Shown: positions 1 through 8,351 of the stretch, piece by piece | Position numbering within the stretch: the first letter of the stretch is position 1 | How the letters are laid out: every line of letters starts with the position of its first letter | Translations under genes and position numbers: made by a program | The notes under the pieces: generated by a model | The model's input: only the letters and a program-made list of their open reading frames with translations | The model's database searches: none | What the model was told of the DNA's origin: nothing | Assembly (NCBI GenBank): GCA_944391075.1 | Contig: CALXSG010000004.1 | Location: forward strand, 10,445-74,444 | DNA length: 64,000 nucleotides | Direction of reading: 5' to 3' | Source: an uncultured Rickettsiales bacterium | Lineage (GTDB): Bacteria; Pseudomonadota; Alphaproteobacteria; Rickettsiales; UBA1997

Positions 1-59
1 TGATTAGCAGACATTTTTTTTCTTTTATTATTTTTTTCTATTGCACTTACTTTTGCCAT
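1..59 (-). CDS. rpsN: 30S ribosomal protein S14 (uS14), N-terminal fragment running off the window edge
   Basis: Minus-strand ATG at 59 translates MAKVSAIEKNNKRKKMSAN..., a typical uS14 N-terminus. It lies directly downstream of rplE as in spc operons. Absent from the ORF track because it is truncated. Confidence 0.6.
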   Translation of the reverse strand, partial: MAKVSAIEKNNKRKKMSAN

Positions 60-71
60 ATCCTTTCTCTT

Positions 72-608
72 TTATTTAATTGGAAAATATAATTCACTCA
101 ATAAAGCCTTAGCCTCTTCTTTATTTTTAGCTGTTGTAACAACATTGACATCCAAACCGAATATCTTATAAGCTTTATCTAATTCAATTTCTGGAAATAT
201 TGTATGTTCTTTAATACCAAAGCTATAATGATTGCTTTGATTGAATGCATTTCCAGGTAAACCTCTAAAATCTTTAACCCTAGGTAATGCAATAAACAAC
301 AATCTATCCAAGAATTCATACATTTTATCTTTTCTTAAAGTTACTTTTGCTGCTATTGACATACCTTCTCTTAATTTAAAGGTAGAAATAGATTTTTTAG
401 CTTTAACTAAAACAGCTTTTTGTCCAGCAATTAGACTTAATTGATTAACAACATAGGTTAAAAAATTGCTGTCTATATCACTAGTCTTGAAAGCTACGTT
501 TAAAGAAACTTTCTCCAATCTTGGAATTTCAAGTTCATTCTTATAGCCAAATTTTTCTTTTAGCTTTTTAGCAACTTCATTATAATATTTATCTTTAATT
601 AATGACAT
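72..608 (-). CDS. rplE: 50S ribosomal protein L5 (uL5)
   Basis: 178-aa ORF with a conserved uL5 sequence (LNVAFK..., FRGL). Correct operon position after rplX. Confidence 0.95.
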   Translation of the reverse strand: MSLIKDKYYNEVAKKLKEKFGYKNELEIPRLEKVSLNVAFKTSDIDSNFLTYVVNQLSLIAGQKAVLVKAKKSISTFKLREGMSIAAKVTLRKDKMYEFLDRLLFIALPRVKDFRGLPGNAFNQSNHYSFGIKEHTIFPEIELDKAYKIFGLDVNVVTTAKNKEEAKALLSELYFPIK

Positions 609-612
609 AATT

Positions 613-918
613 CTAACCTATTTTGTTTTTACTCTTTTTAGATACTCTAACCTTTTTACCATCTACAATTTCAAAACCAACCTTAACAGGTTTATTATCT
701 TCTACATAAGATACATTTGAAACGTGTATAGGTTTCTCTTCTTGTACTCTTTGTCCAGGAGTTTGAGCTGTAGGTTTCTTATGAACGGTAGCTAAATTAA
801 CTCCAGAAACTAATACTTTGTTTTCGGATGCAAGAACTTTAACGATTTCTCCTGTCTTGCCTTTATCCTTTCCGGTAATAACAATAACTGTATCACCTTT
901 TTTTAATTTACTAGCCAT
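613..918 (-). CDS. rplX: 50S ribosomal protein L24 (uL24)
   Basis: 101-aa ORF with the KKGDTVIVITGKDKGKTGEI KOW motif. Correct operon order. Confidence 0.95.
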   Translation of the reverse strand: MASKLKKGDTVIVITGKDKGKTGEIVKVLASENKVLVSGVNLATVHKKPTAQTPGQRVQEEKPIHVSNVSYVEDNKPVKVGFEIVDGKKVRVSKKSKNKIG

Positions 919-1286
919 TATAACACCTCCTCTGCTAAAGATAATATTTTTAAAAAGTTTCCAGCTCTTAATTCCCTAGCAATAGGTCCAGAAACACGAG
1001 TTCCAATAGGCATTCCGTCCTTAGAAATTAAAACAACAGCATTATCGTCAAATCTAATAGTACTGCCGTCCGGTCTTGTGATTTCTTTTTTTGTTCTAAC
1101 AATCACTCCTCTAACAACTTCACCTTTCTTTACTTTAGCACCAGGAATGATACTTTGTACAGCTAATACAATAATATCTCCAACGTTACTTGACATTCTT
1201 TTAGAGCCACCAAGAACTTTTATACATTTTGCAGTCTTGGCACCAGAATTATCAGCAACATTCAATAAAGTTTCCATCTGAATCAT
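918..1286 (-). CDS. rplN: 50S ribosomal protein L14 (uL14)
   Basis: 122-aa ORF starting [17 protein letters not shown], a canonical uL14 start. Confidence 0.97.
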   Translation of the reverse strand: MIQMETLLNVADNSGAKTAKCIKVLGGSKRMSSNVGDIIVLAVQSIIPGAKVKKGEVVRGVIVRTKKEITRPDGSTIRFDDNAVVLISKDGMPIGTRVSGPIARELRAGNFLKILSLAEEVL

Positions 1287-1535
1287 TTACTTTTCTCCAG
1301 TTTCATCTTTGTTAATAATAACCCAAGACTTTCTTTTTGACAAAGGTCTTGTCTCTTGAATATAAATTTCATCACCGATCTTAGCCGTATTATTTTCGTC
1401 ATGAATCATATATTTCTTTTGTTTTTTAACATACTTTTCATATATTGGGTGTTTAACCAAAAAAGTATGTAAACCAACAACAGTCTTATCTCCAGCTATG
1501 CTAACTACTTTAACTTGTAAAATTTTTCCTGACAT
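1287..1535 (-). CDS. rpsQ: 30S ribosomal protein S17 (uS17)
   Basis: 82-aa ORF. HPIYEKY... is typical of uS17, and the operon order fits. Confidence 0.93.
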   Translation of the reverse strand: MSGKILQVKVVSIAGDKTVVGLHTFLVKHPIYEKYVKKQKKYMIHDENNTAKIGDEIYIQETRPLSKRKSWVIINKDETGEK

Positions 1536-1536
1536 T

Positions 1537-1695
1537 TTATTCTCCTGCTTTTTTTAATTTAGTGAATAACCTAGCTATTTCCTTTTTTGTCTTCTTAATT
1601 TCAGAGACATTCTTTAAATCACCATTAGCATTCTTAATTCTAAGACTTAAAAGTTTCTTTTTCAATTCTAATATTTTATCTTTAATTTCTTTCAT
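1537..1695 (-). CDS. rpmC: 50S ribosomal protein L29 (uL29)
   Basis: Not in the ORF track (52 aa). Hand translation from ATG 1695 to TAA 1537-1539 gives MKEIKDKILELKKKLLSLRIKNANGDLKNVSEIKKTKKEIARLFTKLKKAGE. It fills the rplP-rpsQ gap, where rpmC is expected. Confidence 0.85.
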   Translation of the reverse strand: MKEIKDKILELKKKLLSLRIKNANGDLKNVSEIKKTKKEIARLFTKLKKAGE

Positions 1696-1712
1696 ATCTT
1701 TTCTCTCTATAA

Positions 1713-2126
1713 TTAAACTCTTTTAACAATCTTAGTTATAAAAGGTAACTTTGCGGAAGCTTTAGATAAAGCTGTCATAGCTACATCTTCGGATACACCA
1801 TCAACCTCAAATAATACCAAACCAGGTTTTACCCTGCACATCCAATAACTAACAGAACCTTTACCACTACCCATTCTAACTTCGGCAGGTTTGCTAGATA
1901 CTGGTATTTGTGGAAATACTCTAATCCAGATTTTACCTTCTCTTTTTAAATATCTAGAAATACATCTTCTAGCAGCTTCAATTTGGTTAGCTTTTAATCT
2001 TCCCGAACTTAAAGATTTAAGACCAAACATACCGAAGGCCAAAGAAGATCCAGAGCTTGCAACACCTGTAATTTTCTTTCCACCTTTTTGCGCTTTTCTA
2101 TATTTTGTCTTATTAGGCAACAACAT
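1713..2126 (-). CDS. rplP: 50S ribosomal protein L16 (uL16)
   Basis: 137-aa ORF starting [15 protein letters not shown]..., a canonical uL16 N-terminus. Confidence 0.96.
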   Translation of the reverse strand: MLLPNKTKYRKAQKGGKKITGVASSGSSLAFGMFGLKSLSSGRLKANQIEAARRCISRYLKREGKIWIRVFPQIPVSSKPAEVRMGSGKGSVSYWMCRVKPGLVLFEVDGVSEDVAMTALSKASAKLPFITKIVKRV

Positions 2127-2208
2127 TTTCTTATTTCCTCATTTTTACTAGTATAATAAAATTATATCTTAATAAATTAAAGTCAATAGGTTTAAACAAG
2201 AAATTTAA

Positions 2209-2823
2209 CTATTTCTTGCAAATCCATACTTTAATTCCAATTATTCCATAAATTGTATGTGCATTAGCTGTTGCATAATCAACATCAGCTTTTAAGGTAT
2301 GCAAAGGAATAGAACCTTCTTTATAAGTTTCAGCCCTTGCAATCTCAGCGCCATTCAATCTTCCACCAATCTTAATCTTGATTCCTTTAATACCATATCT
2401 CATAGCGGTTTGCATAACTTTTTTGATAACTCTTCTATAAGAAGCACGGTTTTCAATTTGTTTTGCAATACTTGTTGCTACAACTTGGCTGTCCATATCA
2501 GGTTTATCAACCTCAGAAATCTTAATATTAACATCGGCTTCACCCATCTTTTTAACTTGTGCTTTAATCTTTTCAATATCAGCACCTTTCTTACCAATTA
2601 AAACACCAGGTTTAGCTGTTTTAATTATAACATTTACTTTATTTCCAGCTCTTTCAATAACTACTTTACTAATAGCAGAATCACTATAATTATTCATTAT
2701 GTAATCTCTGATCTTTAAATCTTTAATAAGATTTTCGGCATACTTTTTATCGTCATACCATACAGAAGACCATTGATTATTATTAAGGATTCTAAAACCC
2801 ACTGGATTAACTTTTTGTCCCAT
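2209..2823 (-). CDS. rpsC: 30S ribosomal protein S3 (uS3)
   Basis: 204-aa ORF starting MGQKVNPVGFRI, with a KH domain (GVLIGKKGADIEK). Confidence 0.96.
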   Translation of the reverse strand: MGQKVNPVGFRILNNNQWSSVWYDDKKYAENLIKDLKIRDYIMNNYSDSAISKVVIERAGNKVNVIIKTAKPGVLIGKKGADIEKIKAQVKKMGEADVNIKISEVDKPDMDSQVVATSIAKQIENRASYRRVIKKVMQTAMRYGIKGIKIKIGGRLNGAEIARAETYKEGSIPLHTLKADVDYATANAHTIYGIIGIKVWICKK

Positions 2824-3204
2824 TTATTCTCCTTTTTCAATTAAAACTATTCTTAAATTACTAAAAGGTTTAAGTATTCTAACACCTCTACCTTTTGCTC
2901 TAGCCTTAAATCTTTTCATAACCATAGCCTTACCAACATCAACTCTATAAACATATAAATTGTCTATATCTAAGCCGTGGTTATTTTCTGCATTAGCCAT
3001 AGCTGATTTTAAAAGTTTACTAACATCTTTTGCAGCAGCTTTCTTTGAAAAATTTAATGCAACAACAGCTTTATTAGCTGGCATACCCATAATGCTTCTA
3101 GCTATAGCAGATAACTTTATAGGACTAATTCTAATGGATCTCAAATGAGCTTCTGCAGTTTTTTGAATTTTATTTTCATTTTCTTTTTTCATTTTTCTCT
3201 CCAT
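2824..3204 (-). CDS. rplV: 50S ribosomal protein L22 (uL22)
   Basis: 126-aa ORF with RISPIKL... and KRFKARAKGR motifs. Correct operon order. Confidence 0.93.
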   Translation of the reverse strand: MERKMKKENENKIQKTAEAHLRSIRISPIKLSAIARSIMGMPANKAVVALNFSKKAAAKDVSKLLKSAMANAENNHGLDIDNLYVYRVDVGKAMVMKRFKARAKGRGVRILKPFSNLRIVLIEKGE

Positions 3205-3485
3205 TATTTTTTAGCAGCAACTTTCTTATTTCCTGCATGTCCAAAGAAAGTTCTAGTAGGAGCAAACTCGCCAAACTTGTGTCCAACCATACCTTCAGTT
3301 ACTAGCACAGAAACAAATTTCTTTCCATTATAAACACTAAATGTCAAACCAACAAATTGTGGAACAATAGTTGATCTTCTTGACCATGTTTTTATAATAC
3401 CTTTTTTTGTAGATTCATTCATGGCTTTAGCTTTCTTTAATAAATAACCATCCACAAATGGAACCTTCCAAACTGATCTTGACAT
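3204..3485 (-). CDS. rpsS: 30S ribosomal protein S19 (uS19)
   Basis: 93-aa [15 protein letters not shown] and [13 protein letters not shown] are canonical uS19 motifs. Confidence 0.96.
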   Translation of the reverse strand: MSRSVWKVPFVDGYLLKKAKAMNESTKKGIIKTWSRRSTIVPQFVGLTFSVYNGKKFVSVLVTEGMVGHKFGEFAPTRTFFGHAGNKKVAAKK

Positions 3486-3498
3486 ATTCTAACCTCTT

Positions 3499-4323
3499 CT
3501 ATTTTTTATGACGACTTTTAATAATTAACTTGTTAGAAACTTTATTCTTCTTTCTAGTTCTACCACCTCTAGCACATACACCGGTTGGAGAAACTGGAAT
3601 TCTACCACCTCTTGTTCTACCACCAAGTGGATGATCAACAGGGTTCATAGATTCACCTCTAACGTGAGGTCTAATTCCTAACCATCTAGATCTACCTGCT
3701 TTACCAATTACTATGTTTTTGTTATCAGCATTAGAAACAGTACCTATTGTAGCTAAACAATCTAATGGGAATTTTTTAATTTCACCAGATTGTAATTTTA
3801 ATATAGCATAGCCATTATCTTTACCAGCTAATTGAGCAAATGAACCAGCACTTCTAGCTAATGTGGCACCAGCACCAACTTTTGTCTCAATATTATGTAT
3901 TAAAGTACCAACTGGTATAATTGCCATAGGCATTGTATTACCTGGTTTTATATCTAATAACTTTTTTGATGACATAATTTTATCACCAACTGCTAATTTA
4001 TTAGGTGCAATTATGTAAGATAAAATGCCGTCTTCATATTTAATTAAAGCTATAAAAGCAGTTCTATTAGGATCATATTCGATTCTTTCAACTACTGCTG
4101 GAACATCGAATTTATTTCTCTTAAAATCAACTAATCTATAAGCTTGTTTATGTCCACCACCTCTTCTTCTAACAGTAATTTGGCCTTTATTATTTCTTCC
4201 AGCTTTACTATTTAAAGGTTCAACCAACATTTTAACAGGAGAACCCTTCCAAAGGTCTGATCTATCAATTGTAATCAAACTTCTTTGTGCAGGTGTAATA
4301 GGATTATAATTTTTTATAGCCAT
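3499..4323 (-). CDS. rplB: 50S ribosomal protein L2 (uL2)
   Basis: 274-aa ORF with conserved [15 protein letters not shown] and [15 protein letters not shown] motifs. Confidence 0.97.
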   Translation of the reverse strand: MAIKNYNPITPAQRSLITIDRSDLWKGSPVKMLVEPLNSKAGRNNKGQITVRRRGGGHKQAYRLVDFKRNKFDVPAVVERIEYDPNRTAFIALIKYEDGILSYIIAPNKLAVGDKIMSSKKLLDIKPGNTMPMAIIPVGTLIHNIETKVGAGATLARSAGSFAQLAGKDNGYAILKLQSGEIKKFPLDCLATIGTVSNADNKNIVIGKAGRSRWLGIRPHVRGESMNPVDHPLGGRTRGGRIPVSPTGVCARGGRTRKKNKVSNKLIIKSRHKK

Positions 4324-4326
4324 TTC

Positions 4327-4620
4327 TTACTCCAATATACTTAAATTAATATCCTGTCCTTTTTTAACGGTAACGACAGCTTTTTTAACTGAACTTCTCT
4401 TTCCCTTAGTTCCTTTAAATCTTTTTACTTTACCTTCTGTATTAATTATATTAACACCTTCAACAATAACATCAAAAATATCTTGAATAGCTTTTTTAAC
4501 ATCGTCTTTATTTGCAGAAGCTACAACTTCAAAATAAAATTGATTATTTTCAGCTGCTCTTGCAGTTTTTTCTGTTGTAAGTGTTCGTACTATAATATCA
4601 AAATTTTTACCTAAACTCAT
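4327..4620 (-). CDS. rplW: 50S ribosomal protein L23 (uL23)
   Basis: 97-aa ORF in the L23 position between rplD and rplB, with the motif LTTEKT. Confidence 0.9.
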   Translation of the reverse strand: MSLGKNFDIIVRTLTTEKTARAAENNQFYFEVVASANKDDVKKAIQDIFDVIVEGVNIINTEGKVKRFKGTKGKRSSVKKAVVTVKKGQDINLSILE

Positions 4621-5240
4621 TATAATACCTCTTTTTTAACTTTTTCATAAGAAAGCTCATCAAGTAATAAGAAGTCATGATTCATTAAATCATAAACATT
4701 TAATGCATTAGAATTTAAAAGTTTAACACCTTTAATATTTCTAACTGATTTGTTGAAGTTTTCTACAACTTCTTGATAAGCTATTAAAGGATTTACAATA
4801 GCATTTTGAACTAATTTAGCATTAACTTCTTTTGTACTAATTGGAAGTTCTTGTAAACCTTGTAAAATAATAACTTTTCCATTAGCTAATTTATCTTTCA
4901 ATACGATTGATAAAGCTTTTTTAACCATTTTCTTAGGCATTGTATATGAGTAATCTCTAGGTTTTGGACCATGAGCCTTAGCACCACCAACAAATTGAGC
5001 ACCTTTTAAACTACCTTGTCTAGCAGAACCTCTACCTTTTTGACCAAAAGGTTTCTTTCCTGTATAAGCAATTTCAGAAACGGTTTTTGTTTTAGCGGAT
5101 GAAAGTCCTCTTCTATTAGCAAGTTGCCATTTAATGATTGAAGCAATTAAATCTGCATTTTCATTAATACTTTCAGCAACTAAATCTAAATCTTGTTCGG
5201 ATATTTGAGAATTACTTAAATTTAAAAATTTTATCTTCAT
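4620..5240 (-). CDS. rplD: 50S ribosomal protein L4 (uL4)
   Basis: 206-aa ORF with a KPFGQKGRGSARQGS loop typical of uL4. Confidence 0.94.
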   Translation of the reverse strand: MKIKFLNLSNSQISEQDLDLVAESINENADLIASIIKWQLANRRGLSSAKTKTVSEIAYTGKKPFGQKGRGSARQGSLKGAQFVGGAKAHGPKPRDYSYTMPKKMVKKALSIVLKDKLANGKVIILQGLQELPISTKEVNAKLVQNAIVNPLIAYQEVVENFNKSVRNIKGVKLLNSNALNVYDLMNHDFLLLDELSYEKVKKEVL

Positions 5241-5243
5241 TTC

Positions 5244-5879
5244 CTATCCTCTCTTAGCTGTTTTGATAATAACATCTCTACCTTTAAAACCAGGGATAGC
5301 ACCTTTTACACAAATAATATTGTCAGCTGTATCAATATCAACAACTTTCAAATTCTTTACAGTAACTTGTTCATCACCTAATTGACCAGGCATTTTTTTA
5401 CCTTTAAATACTTTTGCTGGACTCATTCTATTACCGGTAGAACCAATAGATCTATGTGTAACTGAAACACCATGAGAAGCTTCAAGTCCTCTAAAATTCC
5501 ATCTCTTCATACCACCAGCAAAACCTTTACCTTTACTGATTCCAGTAATATCAACAAGAACAACACCATCTAAAAGAGCAGCATTTAAAATGTCGCCAAT
5601 ATTAACTGGTTTATCTTTTGACATTTTAACAGTTGTCATTTTTGAATATGGTTCTAAGTTCTTCTTTTTGTAAATACCAAGAATTGATTTATTTAATTTT
5701 TTTTCTGGATTCTTTGGTTTATCATAAGATAAAGTAACATTTAAGTAATCTTTACCTTCAATTTCTTTAATATCACTTACACAACACTCATAGAGTTGAA
5801 TAAGTGTAACAGGAGTAACAGCACCATTGCTGTCGTATATTCTACTCATTCCTATTTTTTTACCAACTATACCTAACAT
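5244..5879 (-). CDS. rplC: 50S ribosomal protein L3 (uL3)
   Basis: 211-aa ORF with [15 protein letters not shown] and GKGFAGGMKRWNF motifs. Confidence 0.96.
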   Translation of the reverse strand: MLGIVGKKIGMSRIYDSNGAVTPVTLIQLYECCVSDIKEIEGKDYLNVTLSYDKPKNPEKKLNKSILGIYKKKNLEPYSKMTTVKMSKDKPVNIGDILNAALLDGVVLVDITGISKGKGFAGGMKRWNFRGLEASHGVSVTHRSIGSTGNRMSPAKVFKGKKMPGQLGDEQVTVKNLKVVDIDTADNIICVKGAIPGFKGRDVIIKTAKRG

Positions 5880-6202
5880 TATTCATTTACCCCATTAAGT
5901 GCAATTTTAATATCAACACCAGCTGATAAGTTAAGACTCATAAGAGCATTAACTGTTTGTGGTGTAGGAATAATAATTAATAATCTTTTAATAGATCTAA
6001 TTTCAAACTGTTCCATACTTCTCTTATAAATATGAGGAGATCTGATAACTGTAAATTTTTTAATATTAGTAGGTAAAGGAATAGGGCCTTTTACAACAGC
6101 TCCTGTTCTTTTAACAGTACCAATAATATCTTGAACAGCTTGATCTAATATTTGACTATCAAAAGCCTTCAAAGTTATTTTAATACTTTCTTTCTTTTTC
6201 AT
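5879..6202 (-). CDS. rpsJ: 30S ribosomal protein S10 (uS10)
   Basis: 107-aa [11 protein letters not shown] and [10 protein letters not shown] are typical motifs. First gene of the S10 operon. Confidence 0.95.
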   Translation of the reverse strand: MKKKESIKITLKAFDSQILDQAVQDIIGTVKRTGAVVKGPIPLPTNIKKFTVIRSPHIYKRSMEQFEIRSIKRLLIIIPTPQTVNALMSLNLSAGVDIKIALNGVNE

Positions 6203-6230
6203 TTCAAAAAATTTAATTTTAATAAAATAT

Positions 6231-6300
6231 AACTACAACGAGAGGTCCATATAATGGACTTCGTCCCTACATTTACAACAATCTATTGGCAAATGTAGTT
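6231..6300 (-). promoter_or_regulatory. Structured 5' leader of the S10 operon with alternative pairings
   Basis: GC-richer patch in an extremely AT-rich spacer. The minus strand reads AACUACAUUUGCC...AAAUGUAGGGACGAAGUCCAUUAUAUGGACCUCUCGUUGUAGUU. The 5' CUACA segment can pair with either of two downstream UGUAG segments, and there is an internal GUCCA/UGGAC hairpin. Confidence 0.35.
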
Positions 6301-6303
6301 TAT

Positions 6304-6331
6304 ATTATAGAACCAATATTTTAAAAATCAA
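6304..6331 (-). promoter_or_regulatory. Candidate sigma70-type promoter of the S10 operon
   Basis: Minus strand has TTGATT (6331-6326), a 16-nt spacer and TATAAT (6309-6304). The predicted start falls at the 5' edge of the structured leader. Confidence 0.45.
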
Positions 6332-6417
6332 GCTTAAATTACATTTTTTAGCAAATTTACACAATTTATGAAAAAAATACGACAAAAATTTTAATTATTT
6401 ATAAGAATAATTTTAGA

Positions 6418-7234
6418 TTATATATCTATAAGATGAATAGCAAATCTATTACCTTCTCTATGATCTGATTTTTTATATCTAAAAATACCATTCATATCAC
6501 CATGACCATCTACATCTATACCATCAATTTTTGTATCAAGTTTTTTTAATATATCATCATAACTTTGCTTAAAAGAAATTTGATCTTCCGATACCATCCA
6601 TATACTATGCTTCATTATATTATAAAACCAATCATTATTTTTACTATATCCAATAATTTGATGAAAAGTCCAAGGTAAATCAGAAAAAAACTTGGTAGTT
6701 GGAGCATGAAAATCATCTGGTGTAGGTTCAAAATCTATAATACCATTTAAATATAATTCAATATATGCTCCAGCATCACTTTTCTGAGCTTTATTATTGT
6801 ATGGACTTGAAAAACTATTAATTGAATAACTTTCTCCAGCTTTTCCTGTTCCATTAGGACAAGAATCACCACCACACCAAGCACCATTAAAACCATCATT
6901 ATTTAAATCTCCTGGCAATCTACCATATTTTACTTTAAATGTATATAAAGCTTGTTTCCACGAATTTACTTCATTAATAAAATTTCTCATTTTTGCACTC
7001 TCAATCAAACTAGCACCACCAGTTATACCAGCTACAAGAAGTCCTATTATTATAAGAACTATTGACAACTCAATCAAAGAAAAAGCAAGAATATTATTTA
7101 TTTTGAATTTAATGAAATTTTTATGTATACAATCAGTATTATTGTTTGAATTAACTATTTTGTTAAATTGTTTATAAAAAGCGCCCCCCCCCCCACAAAC
7201 TTTTGATAATATTTTTATTATTTATAATATTCAT
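6418..7234 (-). CDS. Prepilin-type (type IV pilin/pseudopilin-like) protein, paralog A. The leader is frameshifted at a G11 tract (apparent phase OFF)
   Basis: The ORF-track start at 7077 is a TTG that actually encodes the L of the class III signal motif A|FSLIELSIVLIIIGLL. The upstream ATG at 7234 is out of frame (157 nt, mod 3 = 1) and stops just after the tract. G10 would restore a leader homologous to paralog B. Confidence 0.8.
7184..7194 (-). repeat. Homopolymeric G11 tract (C11 on + strand) in the leader-coding region of prepilin A
   Basis: Direct count in gcgCCCCCCCCCCCacaaac. Flanks are conserved with the tracts at 8102 and 9133. Confidence 0.9.
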
Positions 7235-7319
7235 ATATTGTTAAATTATTATTATGACATTTCTATTTTTAATATAACTATTGATATTTTAAAAAAGCAA
7301 TAAATTATTAAAATATTTA

Positions 7320-8144
7320 TTATAAATCCATTAAATTTACACCTACTCTATTACCATATTTATGAGTATGTGGCTGATATCTAAAATTACCTGTCAAATC
7401 CCACTCCTCATCCATAATATGACCATCCAATTTCCTATCTATTTTTTTACATATTCGGTCATAACTACTTTTAGATATATAAGCAACATCCGAAACCAAC
7501 CACACACTCAAATTTTTTATATTATCTACAAACATTATAGCATTAGGATTTGAACTATATTTATATTCTACAAATTGATGAAATTTCCATGATAATTCAG
7601 GAAATACTATAATATGAGGCTTAACAAAATTTTCTGGATCTGGCTTGAAATCTATAATACCATTTAAATATAATTCAATATATGCTCCAGCATCACTTGG
7701 TTGTACTTTATTATTATATGGTTCTGGAAAACTATTAATTGAATAACTTTCTCCAGCTTTTCCTGTTCCGTTAGGACAAGCATTACCACCACACCAACCA
7801 CCTAAAAAACCATCATTATTTAAATCTCCTGGCAATCTACCATATTTTACTTTAAATGTATATAAAGCTTGTTTCCACGAATTTACTTCATTAATAAAAT
7901 TTCTTACTTTAGCACTCTCAATCAAACTTTGACCACCAATTATGCCGGATACCAAAAGACCAATAATAATTAATACTATTGATAATTCAATTAAAGAAAA
8001 AGCAAGAATATTATTTATTTGAGATTTAATGAAATTTTGATTTATACAATCAGTATTATTGTTTGAATTAACTATTTTGTTAAATTGTTTATAAAAAGCG
8101 ACCCCCCCCCCACAAACTTTTGATAATATTTTTATTATTTTCAT
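7320..8144 (-). CDS. Prepilin-type protein, paralog B, full length (apparent phase ON). About 47-aa leader, then FSLIEL...
   Basis: 274-aa ORF. ATG 8144 reads through G10 as ..KVCGGGVAFYK.. into ILA|FSLIELSIVLIIIGLLVSG, the prepilin cleavage/methylation motif plus hydrophobic helix. Confidence 0.88.
   Translation of the reverse strand: MKIIKILSKVCGGGVAFYKQFNKIVNSNNNTDCINQNFIKSQINNILAFSLIELSIVLIIIGLLVSGIIGGQSLIESAKVRNFINEVNSWKQALYTFKVKYGRLPGDLNNDGFLGGWCGGNACPNGTGKAGESYSINSFPEPYNNKVQPSDAGAYIELYLNGIIDFKPDPENFVKPHIIVFPELSWKFHQFVEYKYSSNPNAIMFVDNIKNLSVWLVSDVAYISKSSYDRICKKIDRKLDGHIMDEEWDLTGNFRYQPHTHKYGNRVGVNLMDL
8102..8111 (-). repeat. Homopolymeric G10 tract in the leader-coding region of prepilin B
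   Basis: Direct count in gcgaCCCCCCCCCCacaaac. Translated in frame as GGG(V). Confidence 0.9.
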
Positions 8145-8351
8145 ATTTATATTATTTTAATATTATTATTACAACCTTTGTACTTATAATATATTGTTTG
8201 ATGTGAAAGTCAATAAAATTTTTCTAATTATAAATATATACCAATTCTATTAGTAATAAAATTAATCTACTACTAATATAGTAATTATATAATAATTACA
8301 CCAATAAAATAAAAAATGATATTATTATAAATTAAACTTATTAATATTTTA

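Noticed and set aside
6231-6300. A ~70-nt GC-richer element with complementary ends, which at first looked tRNA-sized.
   Set aside because: It has no T-loop (GTTCRANYC) or D-loop consensus, no cloverleaf with proper arm lengths, and no CCA-compatible acceptor stem. I interpret it as an mRNA leader structure.
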